Assembly (NCBI GenBank): GCA_012511645.1 | Contig: JAAZFP010000308.1 | Span: 1-38,544, forward strand | Reading direction: 5' to 3' | DNA: 38,544 nt | From: Microbacteriaceae bacterium | GTDB lineage: Bacteria > Actinomycetota > Actinomycetes > Actinomycetales > Microbacteriaceae | Part shown: positions 19,475 to 30,812 of the stretch, one piece after another | Layout: each line of letters opens with the position of its first letter | How positions within the stretch are numbered: position 1 is the first letter of the stretch | Notes under the pieces: model-generated | What the model was told of the DNA's origin: nothing | Databases searched by the model: none | Seen by the model: only the letters and a program-made list of their open reading frames with translations | Position numbers and translations under genes: made by a program

Positions 19475-21040
19475 GTGACCAGCAAGACCATTCGTCCATT
19501 GCACCATGCCTCGGTGTCGCTTGAATCACTTCGCACAGGCTTCGGGCTGGACCTGAGGGGCAGCAGCGATGGGGTGCGTGTCACCGGGGTGACGCTCAAT
19601 TCGCGTGATGTTCGGCCCGGGGATCTGTACGCGGCGCTGCCCGGCTCTCGCGCTCACGGTGCAGACTTTGTCATGCAAGCGATCGAGCTCGGGGCGGTTG
19701 CGGTGTTTTGTGACGAAGCGGCAGCGAATACGATGGAGCAACTCGGAGTGGATGTTCCGCTGCTCGTGAGCAAGTGTGATCCTCGTGAGCTGCTTGGAGA
19801 GCTCTCTGCCAGAATCTACGGCACTGACGAACCCGAGTGCTTGATGTTTGGGATAACCGGCACCAATGGCAAGACGAGTGTGGTGTATCTGCTCGATGAA
19901 CTGCTTCGTCGCGCAGGATACTGTGCGGGTCTCAGCTCGACCGCCGAGCGGAGGGTGAATGGCACCGTGATGCCCTCTGGACTGACAAGCCCAGAGGCTC
20001 CGGAACTGCACGCACTGATTGCGCGAATGCATGAGGAGGGGGCGAACGCAATTACCGTTGAAATATCGGCGCATGCGACGGCCCGTCGACGCATCGATGG
20101 GGTGCACTTCAACGTTGTTGCGTTCAATAACCTCTCGCACGATCACCTCGATGATTTTGGTGACATGGAGAGTTACTTCCAAGCCAAACTCTCTCTGTTC
20201 GTCCCAGAGCGGGCCGAGCGGGGCGTGGTGGTCATCGATACTCCACATGGGCAACGAATCGCGAGAGAATCCCGCATTCCAGTGGCGACCCTGTCGACAG
20301 AGTTTGGTGTCGAGGCAGACTGGCACCTTGCAGTGACCTGGCAAAGTTTGGATGGGGTCGGGTTCGTGCTCCAAGGTCCAGGCGGGGCCTACTTTCGGGG
20401 CTCCGTGCCAATGTTTGGCAAGTTCATGGCAGAGAACGCCGCGCTTGCGTTGATTATGCTGCATGAGGCAGGAGTCAGCATTGAACGGGTGGCAGGCGCT
20501 CTGACACGCGGAGTGATTCCGGTATACATTCCAGGTCGGCTTGAAGAGATCACACCCAAGGAGCTTGCTCAAGAGCCCTCCGACGCGAAGGTTCGATTCT
20601 TTGTTGACTATGGGCACACACCCGGAGCGTTCTCCGCGACCCTCGATGCACTTGGAGAGGTGGCTCCTGGGCGAGTGATCTTCATGTTTGGTGCGGATGG
20701 CGACCGGGATCGTTCCAAACGCGAGGACATGGGACGCATCGCGGCGGCTGGTAGCGATATCGTCATCATCTGCGACTATCACCCACGAACGGAAGATCCT
20801 GCTGCAATTCGAGCACAGCTGCTTGCAGGTGCCCGCTCTGCTGGACGCGCTGAGGTATGTGAAGAGCCCGACCCGAGAGCCGCAATTCGACTCGCCATTT
20901 CGCTCGCGCGACCAGGCGACGTTATTCTGTATGCGGGCCCTGGGCATGAAGAGCACCAGGACATTGCTGGCGTGCAGGTCGCGTATTCGGCACGAGAAGA
21001 AGTACGCGGAGCACTCCGCGAGGCGGGAATGCTTGAGTGA
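19475..21040 (+). CDS. murE: MurE amino acid ligase (third stem residue)
   Basis: GITGTNGKTS, TSPEA, NLSHDHLD, DYGHTP, GDRDRSKR and GPGHE motifs; dcw position. Confidence 0.92.
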   Translation: MTSKTIRPLHHASVSLESLRTGFGLDLRGSSDGVRVTGVTLNSRDVRPGDLYAALPGSRAHGADFVMQAIELGAVAVFCDEAAANTMEQLGVDVPLLVSKCDPRELLGELSARIYGTDEPECLMFGITGTNGKTSVVYLLDELLRRAGYCAGLSSTAERRVNGTVMPSGLTSPEAPELHALIARMHEEGANAITVEISAHATARRRIDGVHFNVVAFNNLSHDHLDDFGDMESYFQAKLSLFVPERAERGVVVIDTPHGQRIARESRIPVATLSTEFGVEADWHLAVTWQSLDGVGFVLQGPGGAYFRGSVPMFGKFMAENAALALIMLHEAGVSIERVAGALTRGVIPVYIPGRLEEITPKELAQEPSDAKVRFFVDYGHTPGAFSATLDALGEVAPGRVIFMFGADGDRDRSKREDMGRIAAAGSDIVIICDYHPRTEDPAAIRAQLLAGARSAGRAEVCEEPDPRAAIRLAISLARPGDVILYAGPGHEEHQDIAGVQVAYSAREEVRGALREAGMLE

Positions 21041-22443
21041 TTGCACTGACACCGGAAGAGATCGCGGCAGCTACACACGGTCGGCTAGTGATGAACAACG
21101 ACGGTGACGCAGCAGAGCGAATCTCGGGCCAGGCGCAGACCGATTCACGCGAGGTGGCGGCTGGACACATATTCTTTGCCCGCCGCGGCGAAGAGACCGA
21201 CGGGCATCGATTTGCCACGCAAGCCGTCGACAATGGTGCGTCACTGCTGGTGGTGGAGCATGAGGTTGACGGGCGAGTCCCACAGGTGGTTGTCGAGGAC
21301 TCGACAGTGGCGCTTGGGCAGCTCGCGCAGCATGTGATTGCGCAGGTGCGTGCTCAGGGTGCGCTGCGAGTCGTCGCGATCACCGGATCAAACGGAAAGA
21401 CCACGACGAAGAATCTTGTTGCGGCGATGGCGGCGCACCGTGGTTCGACGGTCGCAAGCGGAAAGTCGTTCAACAACGAGGTTGGTGGGCCGCTCACTAT
21501 GCTTCGGGTCGAGGCCGACACCGAGATCCTGGTCGCCGAGATGGGGGCGAGCGCACCCGGCGAGATTTCGCGTCTGACCGCAATGGCGCCGCCTCATATC
21601 GGTGTGGTGCTCTCCGTCGGGCTCGCGCATGTTGGGGAGTTTGGCGGCATCGAAGCGACGTACGATGCGAAATCTGAGATGGTGCACAATCTCCCTCACT
21701 CAGCCGTAGCGGTGTTAAACCGTGACGATCCCTGGGTAGCCAAAATGGCCGACCACACCGCTGCGCGAGTCGTGTGGTTTGGCCTTCGAGAGGACGCCCA
21801 TGTGCGTGCGAGCGAGGTGGTCGGCACCGCCTCCGGCACGACCTTCGTGCTGCACATTGCAGATGACACTCGCCCCGTGCACTTTCGAGTGTTGGGCGAA
21901 CACCACGTCATGAATGCGCTGGCAGCGGCCGCGATTGCGACTGAGTTGGGGCTGAGTATCGACCAGATCGTTGCCAGCCTCGAAGCGGCGACAGTTGCCG
22001 CTCCAGGCCGCATGCAAGTGCTCCCGGGCAGAGACGGGATTACCGTCATCAACGACGCCTACAACGCGAGTCCAGACAGTATGCGTGCCGCGCTGAAGAC
22101 CCTCGCTCTCATCGCTGAGCCCGGCTCCCGCACTGTTGCGGTGCTCGGCGCGATGGCAGAACTCGGTGAGTATTCAGGTGACGCTCACGATCAGCTCGGA
22201 TTGCTCGCTGTTCGACTCGGCATCAGCGAACTTGTGGTGGTCGGTGCTGAAGCACGCAGACTCCACATCAGCGCTATCAACGAAGGCTCGTGGGACGGAG
22301 AGAGCGTCTTTGTCGAAGACCACGAGGCGGCTTTTGACTATCTCATGCGCACTGTGCAGCCGAACGACGTCATCTTGGTCAAAGCGTCAAATTCAGCCGG
22401 ATTGCAAGTGCTCGGAGACCGTCTTGGGGAGGCACTCGCATGA
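21037..22443 (+). CDS. murF: MurF D-Ala-D-Ala-adding ligase
   Basis: [31 protein letters not shown] and KASN motifs. Confidence 0.96.
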   Translation: MIALTPEEIAAATHGRLVMNNDGDAAERISGQAQTDSREVAAGHIFFARRGEETDGHRFATQAVDNGASLLVVEHEVDGRVPQVVVEDSTVALGQLAQHVIAQVRAQGALRVVAITGSNGKTTTKNLVAAMAAHRGSTVASGKSFNNEVGGPLTMLRVEADTEILVAEMGASAPGEISRLTAMAPPHIGVVLSVGLAHVGEFGGIEATYDAKSEMVHNLPHSAVAVLNRDDPWVAKMADHTAARVVWFGLREDAHVRASEVVGTASGTTFVLHIADDTRPVHFRVLGEHHVMNALAAAAIATELGLSIDQIVASLEAATVAAPGRMQVLPGRDGITVINDAYNASPDSMRAALKTLALIAEPGSRTVAVLGAMAELGEYSGDAHDQLGLLAVRLGISELVVVGAEARRLHISAINEGSWDGESVFVEDHEAAFDYLMRTVQPNDVILVKASNSAGLQVLGDRLGEALA

Positions 22444-23522
22444 TCAACCTGCTCATTGCTGCTGGTCTTTCGCTGCTCTACACGTTGCTGCTGACGCCGC
22501 TGTTCATTCGTGGCTTCCGTCGCTTGCGGTGGGGACAGTTTATTCGTGAAGATGGGCCGCAGTCGCACTACTCAAAGCGCGGAACGCCCACGATGGGCGG
22601 ACTCATCTTCATCTCTGGATCGGTGTTGGCCTATTTTTCGGCCCACGCCATCACCGGAACAGCGCCGAGCGCATCTGCGATGCTTGCTGTGCTGATGACC
22701 GTCGGGCTCGGCGCCGTCGGTTTTATCGACGACTTTCTCAAAACGAGAAAGCAGCAGTCGCTTGGTCTTGGTGGCTGGGCGAAAATCACGGGTCAAGTGG
22801 TTGTTGCGGTGGCGTTCGGCCTGTTGGCTATTCGATTCGCTGATGAAAACGGGTTGACCCCCGCGAGCACTCACATTTCACTGTTCAGAGACCTGCCCTT
22901 TGACTTCATGTCGCTGGGCTCGGTGCTTGGGCTGATTCTGTTTCTGCTGTGGATCATTGTGATCGTGACGAGTGCATCGAACTCGGTCAATGTGGCCGAT
23001 GGGCTCGACGGACTCGCGGGTGGGGCATCGATCCTCGCAATCGGCGCATACGCGATCATTGCGTTCTGGCAGTTCAACCAGCTCTGTGCTCGCGGTATTG
23101 AGCCCGGCTGCTACGAGGTGCGGGATCCGCTCGATCTCGCAGTATTTGCCGGGGCGCTCGTCGGTGGTTTGATCGGGTTTCTCTGGTGGAATGCGAACCC
23201 AGCCGATATCTACATGGGTGACACCGGCTCACTGGGGCTCGGCGGAGCGATTGCAGCGTTTGCAATCCTGACGCACACGGAATTGCTGCTGGTGCTGATT
23301 GGCGGTCTGTTTGTGATCGAATCTGGTTCGGTGATTGTGCAGCGAGCGTATTTCAAGATCACCAAGGGGAAACGAATCTTCTTGATGAGCCCCATTCATC
23401 ATCACTTTGAGCTGAAGGGGTGGGCCGAAACGAAGGTTGTGGTTCGGTTTTGGATTGTCGCGGGGCTGTTCGTACTGACCGGCATCGGCGCGCTCTACGC
23501 CGAATGGACTATGCAACAGTGA
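22440..23522 (+). CDS. mraY: Phospho-MurNAc-pentapeptide transferase
   Basis: [26 protein letters not shown] and PIHHHFEL motifs. Confidence 0.97.
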   Translation: MINLLIAAGLSLLYTLLLTPLFIRGFRRLRWGQFIREDGPQSHYSKRGTPTMGGLIFISGSVLAYFSAHAITGTAPSASAMLAVLMTVGLGAVGFIDDFLKTRKQQSLGLGGWAKITGQVVVAVAFGLLAIRFADENGLTPASTHISLFRDLPFDFMSLGSVLGLILFLLWIIVIVTSASNSVNVADGLDGLAGGASILAIGAYAIIAFWQFNQLCARGIEPGCYEVRDPLDLAVFAGALVGGLIGFLWWNANPADIYMGDTGSLGLGGAIAAFAILTHTELLLVLIGGLFVIESGSVIVQRAYFKITKGKRIFLMSPIHHHFELKGWAETKVVVRFWIVAGLFVLTGIGALYAEWTMQQ

Positions 23523-24574
23523 GCGCACCCAACAGAGACCGTATTTCGAGGCTGCAGAGCTGGCATGATGATTGGTCGGGGCTCAAAATCGGAGTACACG
23601 GGCTCGGTGAGATTGGGTTCTCCGTAGCAGACACGCTCACTGAACTCGGGAGCTCAGTGCGTGTGCTGCACACCATGCCTGACGCCGAGCGTGAACGGCT
23701 GATTCAGGTGATTGGTGCGGAGCATCTCGAAGTTTCTCAGGAGTCGATGCTGAGGGAGTTCACACAGTTCGAACCTGACCTGATCGTGGTCACACCCACA
23801 ACACCACTTGATGATCCCGTCATCGATTGGGCGGCTCGGCAAGACATCGCGGTGTGGAGCGACACCGACCTTGCCTGGCGTCTTCGTGACAAGACGGGGC
23901 GAGTAGCTGACTGGATCTGCGTGACCGGATCATCCGGCGCTGCAGGAACCGCCGAGTTTGCGGCGCACATGCTGCACGAAGGCGGTCTTCGGGTGACTCC
24001 GGTTGGCCCCTCTGGGATGCCTGTGCTTGACGCAATCAGAGACCCGCAAGGGTTCGATGTGCTCGTACTCGACCTCTCGAGCGAACAATTGCATTGGATG
24101 AATCAGATCTCGCCGTTCGCGAGCCTGTGCTTCACCCTTGACCCGAACGCAGCCGGCGCACACTCGAACCCAGGAGCGCACGCAAGTGCTCTCGCTCGGG
24201 TGTATGAGAACACCATGATTGCTTGTGTCTATAACCGCGCAGACCGTGCGACGGAGGCGATGGTCGAAGGCGCGGATGTGATCGAAGGAGCGCGGGCGAT
24301 TAGCTTTGGTCTTGACAGCCCACCGCCCAGCGGGTTCGGCATGGTCGAAGGTCTGCTCATCGATCGGGGCTTTCATGCGGAGCGGCGGAGTGAGGCGCTG
24401 GAACTGTTGTCGCTCGAAGAGCTTTCTGCACAGGGCCTAGCCACCCCTCACACGGTGCAGCAGATTCTCGCTGCGGCGGCGTCGGCTTGAGCGCGTGGCA
24501 TTACCCTAGCACAGGTTGCTGCAGCAGTGCTAAGCTTTCACCGTCTGGCATGGGCGCACACGATTCCCGCCTGA
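23519..24574 (+). pseudogene. murD: Degenerate MurD homolog (catalytic motifs lost, C-terminal domain absent, in-frame TGA at 24488-24490)
   Basis: Lies between mraY and ftsW. MurD-like scaffold is recognisable (GLG..GFSVADTL.ELG, LAWRLRDK, PVLDAIRDP.GFDVLV, ACVYN). The P-loop reads GSSGAAGT. A 27-codon MurD-like tail follows the TGA. Confidence 0.8.
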
Positions 24575-24659
24575 CTTGCTTTGGCGACACGCTCGCGTGA
24601 TGACCGGTATCACGGTGTTCACGGGGCACACTTGAATCAAGCGGATTGGTTTTGCGGAG

Positions 24660-25892
24660 GTGACGCGTGTGACGACCTTCCAACCAAGAACCGATTCGAC
24701 TCAGGTGACATCAAAATTTGGTCTCTCTCGGATTCGACTCGGTAGTTCCGCAGCGTTGCACTCATCGACGCTGACGATTGCGTTGCTGTACGCGGTCACG
24801 TTCTTGTTGCTCGGGATCGGCCTCATCATGGTGCTCTCGTCATCGTCAATCACCTCGTATTTGGGCAACAGCGGCTTCTTGGGCGGGTTTTGGCGCCAGG
24901 CAACCTATGCGCTCATTGGTGTCCCACTCATGCTCGTGGTTGCACGGTTTCCCATCTCGTTCTGGAAGCGATGGGCCTGGTGGTTGCTCGGGATCGGTCT
25001 GGCGCTCCAACTGTTGGTGTTCACACCGCTCGGTGTCGAGGTCTACGGCAACCGCAACTGGATTCAAATTGGTGGGTTTGGTGGCCAGCCTTCCGAGGTT
25101 CTCAAGCTTGCGCTCATCGTGTGGATCGGCACGATTTTGCTCAAAAAAGAGCCGCTGCTTGGTCAGATAAAACATGAGCTGATTCCGGTGATCTTGCCCG
25201 GTGCTGCGCTCGCGCTCGGGCTGGTGCTCTTGGGGCGTGACCTGGGTACCGCCATGGTGATGGGCCTCGCTGTGCTCGGAGCCATGTTCTTTGGTGGGCT
25301 CAGTTGGAAAGCCATTGGGTTGACTGCGGGGACCGCGCTCTTCGGGGTCTTGCTCTTGGTGGTCACCAGCGAGAACCGAATGCGGCGACTCTTTAGCTTC
25401 TCCGATGGAAACGCTGATTATTCCGGTTCAGGATGGCAATCAACTCACGGAGTCTGGGCGCTCGCTGGCGGTGGTGCATTCGGGTCAGGTCTCGGTAACT
25501 CCAAGGCAAAGTGGTCGTGGCTCCCCGCCGCGGACAATGACTATATTTTTGCCATCATTGGTGAGGAGCTTGGGCTGGTCGGTGCGCTCTTGGTGATCGT
25601 GCTGTATGTGGTGCTGGCGATCGTGATGCTGCGGGTGATCGGACGAGCGCGGGACAGGTTTGGTCGCACCGTGGCCGGCGGAATTCTCGTCTGGATTGTC
25701 GGCCAGGCCTTTATCAATATCGGCGTGGTGATTCGCGTGTTTCCCGTGCTTGGTGTGCCACTGCCGCTGATCAGCGCCGGCGGCACTGCGTTGATAGCGT
25801 GTCTGTTGGCGATGGGCGTCGTGATTTCGATTGCTCGGGATGGTGAGCAGTACCAGGCTGACTTGCAGCGTGAAGAGGAGCGAACACGATGA
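24660..25892 (+). CDS. ftsW: SEDS peptidoglycan glycosyltransferase FtsW
   Basis: GNRNWI, QPSE.LK, DLGT, DYIFAIIGEELG and GVPLPLISAGGT motifs. Confidence 0.95.
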   Translation: MTRVTTFQPRTDSTQVTSKFGLSRIRLGSSAALHSSTLTIALLYAVTFLLLGIGLIMVLSSSSITSYLGNSGFLGGFWRQATYALIGVPLMLVVARFPISFWKRWAWWLLGIGLALQLLVFTPLGVEVYGNRNWIQIGGFGGQPSEVLKLALIVWIGTILLKKEPLLGQIKHELIPVILPGAALALGLVLLGRDLGTAMVMGLAVLGAMFFGGLSWKAIGLTAGTALFGVLLLVVTSENRMRRLFSFSDGNADYSGSGWQSTHGVWALAGGGAFGSGLGNSKAKWSWLPAADNDYIFAIIGEELGLVGALLVIVLYVVLAIVMLRVIGRARDRFGRTVAGGILVWIVGQAFINIGVVIRVFPVLGVPLPLISAGGTALIACLLAMGVVISIARDGEQYQADLQREEERTR

Positions 25893-26983
25893 CCACCTAT
25901 CTGCTTGCAGGAGGAGGCACGGCGGGCCATGTGAACCCGCTGCTCGCACTCGCCGACGAGATTATGATCCGGGAGCCGGACGCGAAGATTTTCGTTCTGG
26001 GAACACGAGAGGGGCTCGAGGCAAGACTCGTGCCACAGCGCGGGTATGAGCTGCTCACTATTGATCGACTTCCATTTCCACGCAAGCCGAATGGCTACGC
26101 CCTGCAGTTTCCTGCCAAGTATGTGCGTGCGATTCGTGCGGTGCGCTCGATTATTCGCACACGCAGCATCGATGTTGTGGTTGGTTTCGGAGGGTACGCT
26201 TCTGCACCGGCTTATCGCGCGGCATTTCGTGAGGGGCTCCCTTATGTCATTCATGAAGCGAATGCGAACCCCGGGCTTGCAAACCGGTTGGGGGCCAGGC
26301 AGACGCCTTTCGTCGGAGTGACGTTCGCTGGCACCCCGATTCGACACGCACGAGTGACGGGCATGCCGCTCCGCAGGGAAATCGCCCAACTTGATCGTGC
26401 TGCGCAGCGAGCGTCCGCGAGGGCACATTTTGATTTGCACCCGCAGCTTCCCACCCTGCTGGTAACTGGAGGGTCACTTGGCGCACGGGCAATCAACCAG
26501 ACGCTCGTGGCTGCCGCAGAAGATTTGGTTTCGGCAGGCCTGCAAGTGCTGCATGTGTGGGGAGGGCTGACAGAGCTCTACGATCCCGGAGTGCCGGGCT
26601 ATCGTGTTATCGAATACTGCGATCGCATGGATCTCGCGTTTGCGGCAGCCGAGCTTGCGGTTGCGCGCGCTGGCTCGACGACCGTGAGCGAGCTTTCTGG
26701 TCTGGGTATTCCCGCGGTGTTTGTTCCCTACGCTCAGGGCAATGGTGAGCAGCGGTTCAACGCTGCAGGGGTGGTTGCCGCGGGTGGTGCTCTGCTGGTT
26801 GAAGACGGTGCATTGACCCATGCGTGGGTGCGTGACAACGTGATTCCACTCATCACTGAACCTGCGACCCTGCGTCGCATGGGCGAGGCAGCACAGACTG
26901 TTGGTTCACTCGATGGCACCGAGCGGCTGTACGATCTTGTGCGGGAAGCACTCAGAGCGCATCCCGCGAAGGAGACCCCATGA
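25889..26983 (+). CDS. murG: MurG glycosyltransferase
   Basis: [25 protein letters not shown] and GEQ..NA motifs. Confidence 0.97.
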   Translation: MTTYLLAGGGTAGHVNPLLALADEIMIREPDAKIFVLGTREGLEARLVPQRGYELLTIDRLPFPRKPNGYALQFPAKYVRAIRAVRSIIRTRSIDVVVGFGGYASAPAYRAAFREGLPYVIHEANANPGLANRLGARQTPFVGVTFAGTPIRHARVTGMPLRREIAQLDRAAQRASARAHFDLHPQLPTLLVTGGSLGARAINQTLVAAAEDLVSAGLQVLHVWGGLTELYDPGVPGYRVIEYCDRMDLAFAAAELAVARAGSTTVSELSGLGIPAVFVPYAQGNGEQRFNAAGVVAAGGALLVEDGALTHAWVRDNVIPLITEPATLRRMGEAAQTVGSLDGTERLYDLVREALRAHPAKETP

Positions 26984-28401
26984 TTTATCCTGATCTGACC
27001 CTGTCACTTCCAGATCACCTGGGAAAGGTCCACTTCGTTGGAATCGGTGGCTCAGGAATGAGCGGCATCGCCCGCATGCTGCACAGTGCGGGCGTTGAGG
27101 TCACGGGAAGTGATCGGAGCACGAACTACAGCACGGTGGCACTGGAAGCACTCGGGATCCCGGTGAACATCGGACACGATGCTGCACATGTGGGTGACGC
27201 CGACACGCTCGTGGTCACAGGCGCGCTCTGGCAGGATAATCCCGAGTATCAATACGCGCTCGCCCATGATATTCCCGTGCTCCATCGCTCACAGGCGCTC
27301 GCTTGGCTCGCTCGAGGTCGACGCGTCGTGTCGGTTGCAGGCGCTCACGGGAAAACGACCTCGACGGGAATGATGGTCACCGGCCTTCTTGGAGTGGGGG
27401 CAGACCCGTCATTTGTGAACGGTGGAATCATTGAGTCCCTCGGGGTCAGCTCGGGTGTGGGCTCTGATGATCTCTTTGTGATTGAGGCAGACGAGAGCGA
27501 TAAGTCGTTTCTCCTCTACGACACTTCGGTTGCGTTAATTACAAATGTTGACCCCGAACACCTTGACTTCTACGGATCGCGTGAAGCCTTCATGTCGGCG
27601 TTCGTAGAATTTGCCAGGGGTGCTCGCGAGCTTGTCGTGATCTCCGCAGACGATCCCGGAGCGAAGGAGGTGCTCGAACACCTGCGTGCGCACCCGCTTC
27701 CCACCGATCCTCGCATTCTCACGTTCGGCACTGACGAGGCAGCAGACATCAGAATCATCGAAATTGATGATCGTGGTCCGGTTCGATTCCGGGTGTCTGC
27801 AGGCAGCGAAGTGCTTGAGGCGAGCCTCAGCGTGTATGGGGACTATAACGCGATCAATGCGGTCGGTGTGCTCGCCGCAATGACCGGCCTTGGCTTTGAT
27901 GCCCCTGCTGCGCTCCAAGCAATCGCTGAGTTCGGTGGCACAAAGCGGCGGTTCGAGTTTCACGCTGAGGTAGGTGGTGTCCGTGTCTATGACGACTATG
28001 CGCACCATCCAACCGAGGTTGCGGCGCTGCTCTCGGCCGCGCGTGCGGTGGTCGGCGACGGGCGTCTCATCGCAGTGCATCAACCACACCTCTTTAGTCG
28101 CACCCAGCTGTTTCACGCAGAGTTTGCGGAGGCGCTCGAGCAGGGAGCCGACCACACGGTGGTGCTCGCCGTTGATGGTGCGCGCGAAGACCCGGTAGAC
28201 GGGGTGACTGGCGCTCTCGTCGCCGATGATTTCGTGAGTGCTGATCGAGTGGCATACTTGCCAGACTGGCAAGATGCTGCTGATTATCTCGCGGAGTTTG
28301 CGCAACCCGGCGACGTGATGGTGACGATGAGTTGTGGCACGGTGTATCAAATTATTCCGCAACTGGTGGAGTCGCTGAGGGCGCGATTTGAGCGGGTATG
28401 A
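26980..28401 (+). CDS. murC: MurC ligase (first stem residue)
   Basis: [31 protein letters not shown] and QPH motifs. Confidence 0.96.
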   Translation: MIYPDLTLSLPDHLGKVHFVGIGGSGMSGIARMLHSAGVEVTGSDRSTNYSTVALEALGIPVNIGHDAAHVGDADTLVVTGALWQDNPEYQYALAHDIPVLHRSQALAWLARGRRVVSVAGAHGKTTSTGMMVTGLLGVGADPSFVNGGIIESLGVSSGVGSDDLFVIEADESDKSFLLYDTSVALITNVDPEHLDFYGSREAFMSAFVEFARGARELVVISADDPGAKEVLEHLRAHPLPTDPRILTFGTDEAADIRIIEIDDRGPVRFRVSAGSEVLEASLSVYGDYNAINAVGVLAAMTGLGFDAPAALQAIAEFGGTKRRFEFHAEVGGVRVYDDYAHHPTEVAALLSAARAVVGDGRLIAVHQPHLFSRTQLFHAEFAEALEQGADHTVVLAVDGAREDPVDGVTGALVADDFVSADRVAYLPDWQDAADYLAEFAQPGDVMVTMSCGTVYQIIPQLVESLRARFERV

Positions 28402-29519
28402 AACGTCCTACTGGATTTGATCCCGCGCAATCTCGATCGGAACCTGACGTTCGGGACTCGAAAACGACGCGGCGACGGCGTCGCGATTCTGGTCGTGGCG
28501 AATTCGTTTCCGATCCTTCGGCGCGCGCGGCTGAAGATCCCACGCGTGACGTGACGACGGCGACTCCCGCAGAGGAGCCGCCGGTTGCGTTAGCCTCCGC
28601 AGATGAGTCGCACGTTCCTCAGCCCAGTGCACCGCTTGCTCCCGTAGCAGTCTTTCCGAGATTCGACGCGGTAGACGATGCTTCACGCGACGACGAGATG
28701 CCGGTGCCAGGCCGGCCTGATGAGTCACACCTGTCTGTTCACGAGCCGGTAGCAGGAGTGCAACAGGCGAAGCGAGCGCTACGGCAGGCTGAGCGTAGCC
28801 GTCGTAGGCGCGAGCGAGGGGAGCGGAAGCGTTTTGCGTCGCATCAGCGTGTTCGCAGGCGTCGATGGCTGGTGTGTGTCAGCGCGGTTGTGGGGCTTGC
28901 CCTGTTCGTGGTGGTGGGCGTCTACACGCCGATCATGGCGGTGCGTGACATTTCGGTGCAGGGTGCGGTGTCAGCCGATGCGACTGACCTCGCCGGGGCT
29001 CTCACGCGATTTGAAGGCACTCCGCTCGCGCTCGTCGATGATCGTGACGTGCATCGGGCGCTCGAAGCGTTTCCGATCATCCAGAGTTATGTGATTGAGC
29101 GCATTCCTCCCCACACCCTTGTGGTGCGCATTGACGAGCGCACTCCGGTGCTCGCCTACGAACGTGAGGGTGGTTTCGACCTGCGGGACCCCGCGGGAGT
29201 GTTGCTCAGCAGGGCCTCAGAGCGGCCGGTCGGGGTGCCACTGGCATCCGCTGAGTTGCAGGACACTGCGTCGCCAGCGTTCCGCGCAGTCTCTGCGGTG
29301 ATTCGTGATATGCCGCAGGTGCTGCGTGAACGAGTGGTGGGCGCGCAGGCGACGCGCGCTCAAGATGTCACGTTTACGCTCGATTCAGGCACCCAGGTGC
29401 TGTGGGGCGACGCGAAGAATACGCAGCGAAAAGCAGTGGTCTTGCAGTCTTTGATCGCTGCAATTGGCGCACCCACTTCGATCGATGTTTCGGCTCCCGA
29501 AGCGCCCGTGTTCACGTAG
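28398..29519 (+). CDS. ftsQ: Cell division protein FtsQ (long disordered N-terminus, TM, POTRA)
   Basis: Arg-rich stretch before the [18 protein letters not shown] and DVSAP..P motifs; upstream of ftsZ. Confidence 0.88.
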   Translation: MKRPTGFDPAQSRSEPDVRDSKTTRRRRRDSGRGEFVSDPSARAAEDPTRDVTTATPAEEPPVALASADESHVPQPSAPLAPVAVFPRFDAVDDASRDDEMPVPGRPDESHLSVHEPVAGVQQAKRALRQAERSRRRRERGERKRFASHQRVRRRRWLVCVSAVVGLALFVVVGVYTPIMAVRDISVQGAVSADATDLAGALTRFEGTPLALVDDRDVHRALEAFPIIQSYVIERIPPHTLVVRIDERTPVLAYEREGGFDLRDPAGVLLSRASERPVGVPLASAELQDTASPAFRAVSAVIRDMPQVLRERVVGAQATRAQDVTFTLDSGTQVLWGDAKNTQRKAVVLQSLIAAIGAPTSIDVSAPEAPVFT

Positions 29520-29591
29520 TTCGGCGTGTCGCCGAACGATGTCCTCATTCGGCCTTTAGCGTGAGAAACGTAAAACGTATACCCGAATACT

Positions 29592-29624
29592 AACTTTCAC
29601 CTTAAGGTAGAGGTTGAGGGTTGA
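29592..29624 (+). promoter_or_regulatory. Imperfect palindrome upstream of ftsZ, candidate FtsR site
   Basis: AACTTTCACCTTAAGGTAGAGGTTGAGGGTTGA. Resembles, from memory, the FtsR site in the Corynebacterium glutamicum ftsZ promoter. Confidence 0.6.
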
Positions 29625-29637
29625 GGGAGGACTCACC

Positions 29638-30810
29638 GTGTCGAACCAGAACTACCTCGCAGTCATCAAGGTCGTTGGCGTCGGCGGGGGTGGTGTGAAC
29701 GCTGTCAACCGAATGATCGAACTTGGTCTGCGAGGGGTTGAATTCATCGCGGTCAACACCGACGAACAAGCGCTGCTGCTCAGTGACGCTGATGTGAAGC
29801 TTGATGTAGGCAGGGAAATTACCCGCGGGCTGGGTGCCGGCGCAGACCCCGAGGTGGGGCGTCGCGCGGCCGAGGACCACGCTGAAGAAATTGAAGAAGC
29901 GCTTGCTGGCGCCGATATGGTGTTCGTGACCGCTGGCGAGGGTGGTGGCACCGGCACCGGTGCGGCGCCTGTTGTCGCCCGGATCGCGCGCTCGGTGGGC
30001 GCACTCACCATCGGTGTCGTGACTCGCCCGTTTGGATTTGAAGGCAAGCGGCGTGCGGCGCAGGCGGACGCGGGAATTCACACGCTGCGTGAGTCTGTTG
30101 ACACCCTCATCGTTGTGCCCAACGATCGGTTGCTCGAGATTAGCGAGGCTGGCATCAGTCTTCGCGATGCGTTCGCCGCTGCGGATCAGGTGCTACTCGC
30201 AGGCGTGCAGGGCATCACCGATCTCATCACCACGCCGGGCCTGATCAACGTCGACTTTGCCGACGTGAAGTCCGTGATGCAGGGCGCTGGCTCAGCGCTC
30301 ATGGGCATTGGTTCGGCGCGTGGGGCTGATCGTGCGATTAAGGCTGCAGAGCTTGCGGTAGCGTCGCCATTGCTTGAGGCTTCGATTGAGGGCGCGCATG
30401 GTGTGCTGCTTTCGATTCAGGGCTCATCGAACCTCGCGCTTGCTGAGATTACTGAAGCATCGCAGGTGGTGCATGATGTGGTACATCCCGAAGCAAACAT
30501 TATTTTCGGGACGGTGATTGACGACACCCTCGGCGATGAGGTGCGGGTGACCGTCATTGCGGCGGGCTTTGACCCCGAGCAACTCGAGAGCAACGCAACG
30601 TCCTATCAGGAGCGCGGGCGTCGTGCGAGTCGGGTTGAAACACTCGAAGACTTGCCCTCAATCGCGGCACCCGCCATTGGTTTGGAAACTGGTGAGGTGC
30701 GCGCGGAGTTTGGTGAGACCATTGTGACCCCACCGGTTGAAGAGCAGCTGCTCGACCCTGCGTTTGAAGGGGACGACTCGGAACTCGATATTCCGGAGTT
30801 CTTGAAGTAA
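29638..30810 (+). CDS. ftsZ: Cell division protein FtsZ
   Basis: [23 protein letters not shown] and C-terminal DIPEFLK. GTG 29638 follows GGAGG. Confidence 0.98.
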   Translation: MSNQNYLAVIKVVGVGGGGVNAVNRMIELGLRGVEFIAVNTDEQALLLSDADVKLDVGREITRGLGAGADPEVGRRAAEDHAEEIEEALAGADMVFVTAGEGGGTGTGAAPVVARIARSVGALTIGVVTRPFGFEGKRRAAQADAGIHTLRESVDTLIVVPNDRLLEISEAGISLRDAFAAADQVLLAGVQGITDLITTPGLINVDFADVKSVMQGAGSALMGIGSARGADRAIKAAELAVASPLLEASIEGAHGVLLSIQGSSNLALAEITEASQVVHDVVHPEANIIFGTVIDDTLGDEVRVTVIAAGFDPEQLESNATSYQERGRRASRVETLEDLPSIAAPAIGLETGEVRAEFGETIVTPPVEEQLLDPAFEGDDSELDIPEFLK

Positions 30811-30812
30811 CA

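Noticed and set aside
19526-21052. 508-aa antisense ORF over murE
   Set aside because: Shadow ORF expected from high-GC codon bias; no recognisable motifs.
23420-23518. ORF-track N-terminal extension of murD
   Set aside because: Overlaps mraY by about 100 nt; the GTG at 23519 with a GTGA overlap fits the operon pattern.
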